This document shows positions 57,620-64,000 of a stretch of DNA of 64,000 nucleotides, piece by piece. Numbering within the stretch: position 1 is the first letter of the stretch; each line of letters opens with the position of its first letter. The position numbers and the translations under genes are program-made. Source of the DNA: Massalongia carnosa (lineage: Eukaryota); contig OZ287074.1 of assembly GCA_965645245.1 (NCBI GenBank), positions 1 to 64,000 on the forward strand, read 5' to 3'. Below the pieces are notes generated by a model. It was given only the letters and a program-made list of their open reading frames with translations, did not search any database and had not been told where the DNA came from.

Positions 57620-59404
57620 ACCAGAAGCCCTTTGTCGTAAAAAATTCGACCTTAACCCAAAAAAAAAAAAAAAAAAAAAAGTATCACCCACAGCTGAGCC
57701 TGTGGGGGTGTTTTCGTACATCGCCAGCAGCATTAGCCTGCGGAGTACACTGACTCACCTGCAGGTGATCCACTGGGAAGCATGATATTATACTGGAGTA
57801 TGTGGGAGTTATTGAATTTCTCTTTATCATGTGGGAGTGCTATTTCAGTGCCTGAGTGGGAGTGTTAGAATGTACAAATCAGGTTACTTCATTTCAGCCG
57901 CACTCACCTTCTACCGCACGAGTATGGCGCACGCTAATGGCTAGACGTATCGCTAGTCTAATACTAGCATACCGTACATTGTCTATAAATCTAGCTATTC
58001 CCACTATATAGAACAACAGCAAGCGTTCTATCCTCTATCTACTATACTACCTTTTGATACAAAGCAGATGATTGGTTGCGGGGAAAACATCCTCAATTCC
58101 AGCTATCAGACTCTTTTCCATGTCCGTGACTATGACGATCGGGTTAGGAAGCATCATCCCATCATACATACCTCGCAATTGCTGCAACATCCAGGTATAA
58201 TCAGACGTGGCTTCCTTGGCCATGAAGCAAAATGCCACATAGAAGTTGGTATGTAGGGCAGTTTGACCACTGATGATCAATAAGGGCATCTTATATCTGT
58301 TGGTTTTGTAAGTGGCGTCCATCACCAACACCTCGTAATTCGTCTTCAATAGTCGTTGAGAACAGCCCTTAATAAAGAATAAATGAGTTATTCTATCTAG
58401 ATCATCCTTTTGCATCTGATACGTCCAATCTCCTTGATCCAGCTCTCGGATTAATGCCTGAACCGGAGTCAATGGGCCGAGTATCTCGCGACGAAGCTGT
58501 GCTTTGACGTTGTAGATATCCCGAGGTTTGAATAAGGGATTGATGATGTAGGGATTTTCTGGATCGTCAAAATTGATTCCCGTCGTCGGATCAGCAACAC
58601 GAAGACTAGATAAAATCTTGAAAGGGGCTGTTTGCACGATCAGAGCTCGGGAAATCTCACTTTTAACCTCTTTCGTCATCGCCAATTTCCTCAACGCTGG
58701 ATGAGCACCAGCGAGGGTAGAAGCATGATTATGAGTCGATTTGACCACCTCCAAAAACCAGATACCACTGTCGTTTTCTCGTGTGGCCACACAAGAGAAA
58801 GGGCATTTAATTCGTCGGCTACCCGTATGTCGCCGATCCTGACCTCTTGGTCCGTCGGTTTTTCTTCCTCGATCACATATCAGCCATGCCTTTCTTGTTA
58901 CCTTAAGTTTCGACTTCTTGGTTCGACCCAAAACGACTGCGTATCCTTGACGACCAGCATGCTCATTGACTCGTAGAACCAGGTCTTCCAGACTTTCAAA
59001 ACTTTGTCCATCCTCGGGGGGTGCAAGTCCGCCAGGGGGTAGAGGGCCAGGTGGTCGGGGTGGAGTAGCTGGTTCATTTTCGAGGGGTGCAAGTCCGTCA
59101 GGAGGTGGGGCAGGAGGTGGGGGGTCAGGAGGTGGTGCAGACATGATAAAATGTCAAAATGTTGGTGATGATGATGTTTACGAAGTGCCAAAATGTTGGT
59201 GTTTACGGTTGAAAAAAAAATTCCCGAGGTGCACCCTCGGGAGCTTACCCCGAAGTGGGTAAGTGAGGGGGCTGAAGCCTTGATTCTTACCTATTCTAGG
59301 AAGGGGGTGTCCGTGTATCACTGGGGGGTGTCCAGGTAACCTCAGGGGGTGTCCAGGTAGCCAAAGGGGTGTCCACGTATCCGTACTCTATATTAATCGT
59401 CAAT

Positions 59405-60085
59405 ATGGTCGAATCCCTTCCTCCATCCATGCGATGGCGAATCATTCGATATTTATTCCTTCATTGGCGACCGGATGCCATAGCCAAAGAGGTTCATTGC
59501 AGTATCCGAACTATCTATAATTTCCAAGAGACTTTATTCATGTATGGTAGCATATCCGCTCCTCGAAGACGTCATCTAGGTCGCGCGTGCAAAATTACTA
59601 AAGCCGCCGGCGACTCCTTGATGGAATATCTAAATCGTCAGCAATGGGCCCAACAAAAGGAGATGGTCTGGTTTCTTTGGGAGGAGTGGGGTATATTCGT
59701 GCATCAATCAACCGTTTCTAGGGAAATAAAGAAACGGCGATGGAGTCAAAAGAAAAGTCAAAGATATGGGCGTAGGAACGACGAATTGAGGGAAAATTGG
59801 CATGCTAGCATGCTTAATGTGACTGCAGAGCAGTTGGTTTTCGTTGATGAAACAGCATTCAATGAGATGACCGGTTGGAGGATGAGAGCATACGCACCAA
59901 TTGGCCAACCGGCTCGATACCAGGGGGACATTAGGAGGGGTCATAATTGGACCGTTCTTCCTGCATATACTGTTGATGGCTATCTGTCATGTACGAGCAT
60001 TCGGGAGGGTGGTTTAATGCAGATGGTTTCTTTCAATGGATAACCGACGAATTACTTCCATATTGCACCCCTTATCCAGGCCCCC
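59405..60085 (+). pseudogene. Tc1/IS630-like transposase, frameshift about 60008, C-terminal catalytic part deleted
   Basis: HTH region, QLVFVDET, then WITDELLPYCTPYPGP in the shifted frame; stops before the expected MDNA motif. Confidence 0.85.
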
Positions 60086-61760
60086 CTTGGCTCTTTGACT
60101 CTGCAATGCCTCCCCTTTCCAATTGAGGAAATCCTCCATAGCAAACTCCTCATCCTCGGGGTTGCATATGGGGCTTGACCTAGTCAACGGTTTCGAGCGA
60201 GGCCTTGGTGCCGCAGGGGGTGGGGGGATGATGGGTTCGGGGACCGAAGAAGATGATAGTTGAGAATAAACAGGAGGGGGAGGGGGGCGACGAACATTAC
60301 TCATTCTTTCACCCATTCTTTCCATTTGGTCCATCATCGATTCCTGCATACGCATTTCCATCGATTGCTTTGTGAATTGCATCATTTCACCCATGAAGCT
60401 TTTCGTCTCATCGCGATCTTTTCTGGAATCCTCCCGTCCTTCCTGTATTCTCGTCTTACTAGAGTTGAGACCCACCGGCCCCTGTCGTAGTATGAACCTA
60501 TACAATGTTGGTGGTGGATTATCTAGGGAAGCACTGATGTCGCCTCGAGCGAGAGCCTTAGCCCAATCTCTTTGCAATGTATGAGAAAGATCATAATGAA
60601 GCCCATCTTCATCAACGAAACAGAAGTTATTTTGATTCGTACATCGAGCATCGTGACAAACCCATCGATTCACCAATTGTCTATCAAAATCACCTGCATT
60701 AATAAGGATCTCACCTTGATCTCGTTGACGTTCTAATAATTGATGAGTTCTAGTCCTTCGGCCGGTAGGTGTAGTAATAATAGTAGATGATTCAGTTGCA
60801 TCTAGTAATATGTCAGGGGGATTTGATTGCTTCGGTTCTTCCATCGAAATTTCGATCTTAATAGTGATATCGGGCTTCCATTTACGAGATTCATCATCAA
60901 TGACAATTAGAACCTTTTCCCATTCAGTCTCAGTATAATTATCAATGGTTTGATGGACATTTCTGGCCCGACTATGAATGGCCTTAATAATGACGACGAT
61001 GGAGGTCGTCGTCCATCCTTTAGTATGCCCGTTCCTTTTCTCAATCTCAGTCTCCAATGTCTGTTCGAAATCCCATATGCTGAAAACGCTTCGTTTTTTA
61101 GAACCTAGCGATGAGGTCCATATAACTCTACCATTGACACGAAGTCTAGCATGAACGGTCAACATAGGATCTGATACTAGATCTTCAGCCTCATCTTCCT
61201 CAAAATTCGATGTAGTCAATTTGTCTAATTCTTTATTAACCTCTATTTCTTCCAGTCGTCGTCGTCGGGCTTCCGGTTCCCCGAATTGATTGACCTCCGC
61301 TTCCCATTCTTCATCCTCCCTATCTCGTCTCGCTCTTGCTCGCGCGGCGGCCTCCTTGCTTCTTTCCAAATGTGCACGCCATAACATACGCTCCGCCTTC
61401 CCCTCGCGAGTATTGCCGGGAATCTTGGGCGTTTTCATGGTGAATACCGGTGATTGGTTGTCACGCGCACTCGGGCGGCGTGGAACCGGGGGGGGGTCGA
61501 GGTCGAGCATCTGAGGGAGGAAACAGTGGAGGGGCTGGAAGACGGGCGCCGACAGGAGGAGAAGAAGGAGGGTTAGGAGGATTAGGAGGGCTCTCATGGG
61601 GACGGCGTGCACCCTGGAGCGGGGTTTGAGGGTTAGGACCAAGAGGGGTGGGCGAGCTTCGTAGGCGAGCAGGAACTTGGCGGCGACGACCCCCCCGAGT
61701 CGGTGCCGGCAGCAAAACTTGGTCAACTGGTCCCTTTTTACTCCGTCTATTTGGAGGCAT
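60086..61760 (-). pseudogene. Second gene of the Tc1-like element: Pro-rich N terminus, charged helix, Cys/His domain
   Basis: ATG 61760 (MPPNRRSKKG) just inside the TIR; joins the 570-aa frame by one indel, likely in the G run near 61488-61496; motif WVCHDARCTNQNNFCFVDEDGLHYDL..WAKAL..NPP. Confidence 0.7.
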
Positions 61761-61930
61761 AATAATTTCTATAGATGTCTACCAAATTATAAAAATATGT
61801 TAGGATTTTGGTGTAGGGAATATCTAGGAAAATTAAGATTTTGGAGTTTGAATTGTGGGGTCATGTTCGTGGTATGTGTTTTCATAAGCGAAATTGGAAA
61901 TCATTTTGCATACGTTAATAGCTCTGAACA

Positions 61931-63336
61931 ATGAGGAATTTAGGAAAAAACCCTAATTTGGTTAACGCGCACGACGCGCTACGTGACACCAGAAAACATC
62001 AATACAATCCACCAGAACGCCAGCTAAGAATGTAAAATCAATGACAGGTTTAAGTTACTCATCGCATGATCTCATCACATGATAACATCATTCACATCGC
62101 ATGATCGATTACTTCTCATAGTTAGGATTAGGATTCACATGAGAAATAAAGGAAAAAACCCGAATTCGGTTAGCGCGGTATGGTGCTCCGGCAGAATCGA
62201 GTGACACGACCGCCTTTCCATTTCATGTAATTCTCAAGGACACTTTACATTTAGCTATCACAACTCAACCAACAACGCTTGCACACCTCGGCGTTGGTGG
62301 TGTTCTTCATGCTCGCGATCGGCTTCGGTATGCTGCTCATGAGTGCAGCACCGGAATTTACGTAGCTGCTTGGCCAGCTTAGAGGATGCTCTCTAGTTGA
62401 TCGGGGCTCGGATTTGCGATGTGGGAACTCTGCGCTCTACGCGGTGCCTGCTGTACTGCTGGTTGTGGACTTTGGCCTAGGGGGGGTTCTCTTGAAGGCA
62501 CGGGTGATGGTGCTTCGACGGATCCAGCAGGTTGATGAAGATCCGAGAGCGTAGGTGTAGATATAGCAATGCTTGGAGATGGGCGTGAAGTGGGCGAAGT
62601 AGGGTTAGAATCGACTATGAAATATAAATTCACTTTGTAGGTATAGTAGCATGATTGGCATTGAAGGTAATTATCTATGTGGGCTATTTGTCTGCTTTAT
62701 ATAGCAGTTACAAAACAGTCACATCTAGGAGGTCAGACCTTGTCCCCCTGACGGTCAGACCTTGTCTCCCATCTCTGCTTGTTTAGGCACTTTGCAAGGC
62801 ACCTCCCGAGGCTCATGATGGATGCCCATGATGATGGTGGCCTCATCATCTAACATCCAACATCGACACCTGTCAAAGGCTTCATCCATGATAATAGCGT
62901 GTTTATCTGCGTTGGGAACGAAGTCCTACGTCTACTACTGGAGCTACTTGACTGAGCCTTGGAAGTCCTGCTGTGACTGCGTCATGTATCATCAGTATGC
63001 GGTGAACTGCCCTGTTGTATATCTGTATTCGGTGGACTATGAATTGGTGTGCTGTTGTGTCTAGGTGCTGCTGATTCAAATCACTAAACTACTAGGCGGC
63101 GTAGTCAGAATACGGTGACCCGGCCTTGCTGCTCTCCTGCCTCTCTTGTTGCCCAATTCGTAGTGCCTGGAGTACTGTTGCTGCCTCGAGATAGGCTGCC
63201 GACTCCTCCAAGCGTGCCCTGACCTCCACATCATAGTCTGCGTCTTCAGTATTTGTCACCTCCTCTGCGTATTTTCTCAACTTGTTGAACGATTTCGGGT
63301 TCCTCGTGTAGGGAATTTGGAGTTGCAGTTTGAGGG
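61931..63336 (-). repeat. Unclassified AT-hook element: upstream block (61931-62280) fused to internal copy 4 (62281-63336)
   Basis: Matches 15109-15405, then 2288-3095. Confidence 0.82.
62616..62862 (-). mobile_element. Solo LTR related to Copia A (247 bp), TSD TCGAC
   Basis: Shares about 190 bp with the Copia A LTR; TCGAC at 62611-62615 and 62863-62867; empty site near 2620. Confidence 0.9.
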
Positions 63337-64000
63337 TGTCATGGTGCGAATAAGGATAATCTAGGAAAGGTAGTCACAAGAAGGTTGCTAAGATTGCTAA
63401 GCGATACCCCCGACATTTAGCGTCGCGGGAGGTAGCGCATTGGGTTTAGCGGGAAGCTAACCTCATCAAGGTTAGTAAAGGGATCAAGGAGTTATAAGAA
63501 AATCTCTGCAGCAATTGCTGCTTTCTTCTTTGTGTTCGTCTTGTTTATTTAGCATAGCTATTAGCTAGCCATCAAGACCATCATCACCACCACTTGAGTA
63601 GGCCTTCTATTGCCCACCCGTTACATTACGAACACCTCCCCCATACCTCAAGTGGTCCTTCGTCCCCAGGTCCTTCTCCCGAAAAGGATGGCCTCCAGCT
63701 TCTCCGCCGAGGCATCTACCTCTCTCTCCGAAGGCCAGACCTTCGATCTTCCCCCTCCGGACTTCAAAAACGAAGCCTCTCTTGCCCCTCACGTCATCGC
63801 GCCTGATGCTTGGAGCCACTCGATCCAGAAATTTCCCCACGAGTGGTACAATTTTTCTATTCAAGCTGCCAATCAGATCACGTCCCTCTCGAGCTCCCTG
63901 GACATAAAAACGAGTCAGTGCGAGTCTTTAGAATCGGAGCGTGATCAAATCCGCCGTCAGCTGCGTGACTCCAATGACGAGCTGATCGCGGCTCGAGCCT
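63337..64000 (+). mobile_element. Start of a probable Gypsy element: LTR 63337-63625, then a gag-like ORF
   Basis: TGTCA...GTTACA, TATAAG near 63494, interrupts the AT-hook element; runs off the window. Confidence 0.65.
63688..64000 (+). CDS. Probable gag N terminus (open to window end)
   Basis: MASSFSAEAST...ESERDQIRRQLRDSNDELIAARA, coiled-coil-like, directly after the LTR. Confidence 0.5.
   Translation, partial: MASSFSAEASTSLSEGQTFDLPPPDFKNEASLAPHVIAPDAWSHSIQKFPHEWYNFSIQAANQITSLSSSLDIKTSQCESLESERDQIRRQLRDSNDELIAARA

Larger units (their letters stand above)
52103..58059 (+). mobile_element. Copia family E, full length; identical 197-bp LTRs (52103-52299 and 57863-58059), TSD CAAAG
   Basis: LTRs identical by eye with TG..TA ends; PBS GGTTATGAGCCC at 52300; PPT GAGTGGGAG; CAAAG at 52098-52102 and 58060-58064. 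Confidence 0.97.
51023..59144 (-). pseudogene. MULE transposase (719 aa when the Copia is excised: 59144-58065 plus 52102-51023)
   Basis: FAR1-like CDR..CPF..HNH, MDATYKTNRY, IVTD, NHL|LCLWH across the insertion, TTSRGEGGH, GLPCSH, AT-hook RPRGRP. Confidence 0.93.
50765..59388 (-). mobile_element. Mutator (MULE) transposon, about 150-bp TIRs, 8-bp TSD TATATTAA
   Basis: GAGTACGGATACGTGGACACCCC.. inverted at 59238-59388 with repeated GGACACCCC; TSD at 50757-50764 and 59389-59396. Confidence 0.95.
50654..61872 (+). mobile_element. Tc1/IS630-like transposon with about 95-bp TIRs and two convergent genes; hosts the Mutator
   Basis: CCAC(C/G)AACATGACCCCAC..TTGGTAGACA at 50654-50750 inverted at about 61776-61872; TA at 50652-50653 and 61873-61874. 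Confidence 0.9.

Noticed and set aside
57659..57680. Poly(A) as a retrogene or LINE tail
   Set aside because: It lies in the Copia E 3' UTR with no TSD or associated element visible.

Overview
The window has two parts. Bases 1-1776 are cyanobacterial (Nostoc-type): a piece of a cyaC-like hybrid histidine kinase / response regulator / adenylate cyclase gene with three single-base indels. It is fused mid-gene to the outer end of a fungal (TAACCC)27 telomere. The simplest reading is a chimeric read or assembly from a cyanolichen. Bases 1777-64000 look like the left arm end of an ascomycete chromosome made almost wholly of deeply nested transposons, most of whose boundaries and target-site duplications (TSDs) can be read directly. 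They include four Copia families (two elements with uninterrupted ORFs), two Gypsy elements, at least seven solo LTRs, two Tad1-like LINE families (one intact copy), two pogo/Fot1 elements, a Mutator and a Tc1-like element with a second convergent gene. There is also a telomere-linked RecQ helicase pseudogene and four pieces of an unclassified repeated element encoding a large AT-hook protein. No ordinary host gene is evident. The best leads are: a six-hairpin array with a compensatory change in the leader of the youngest Copia; tyrosine-recombinase-like motifs upstream of the RecQ domain; the two-gene Tc1 element; the unclassified AT-hook element; and an RT-less Copia with near-identical LTRs. 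All calls are from reading motifs by eye; no searches were run.
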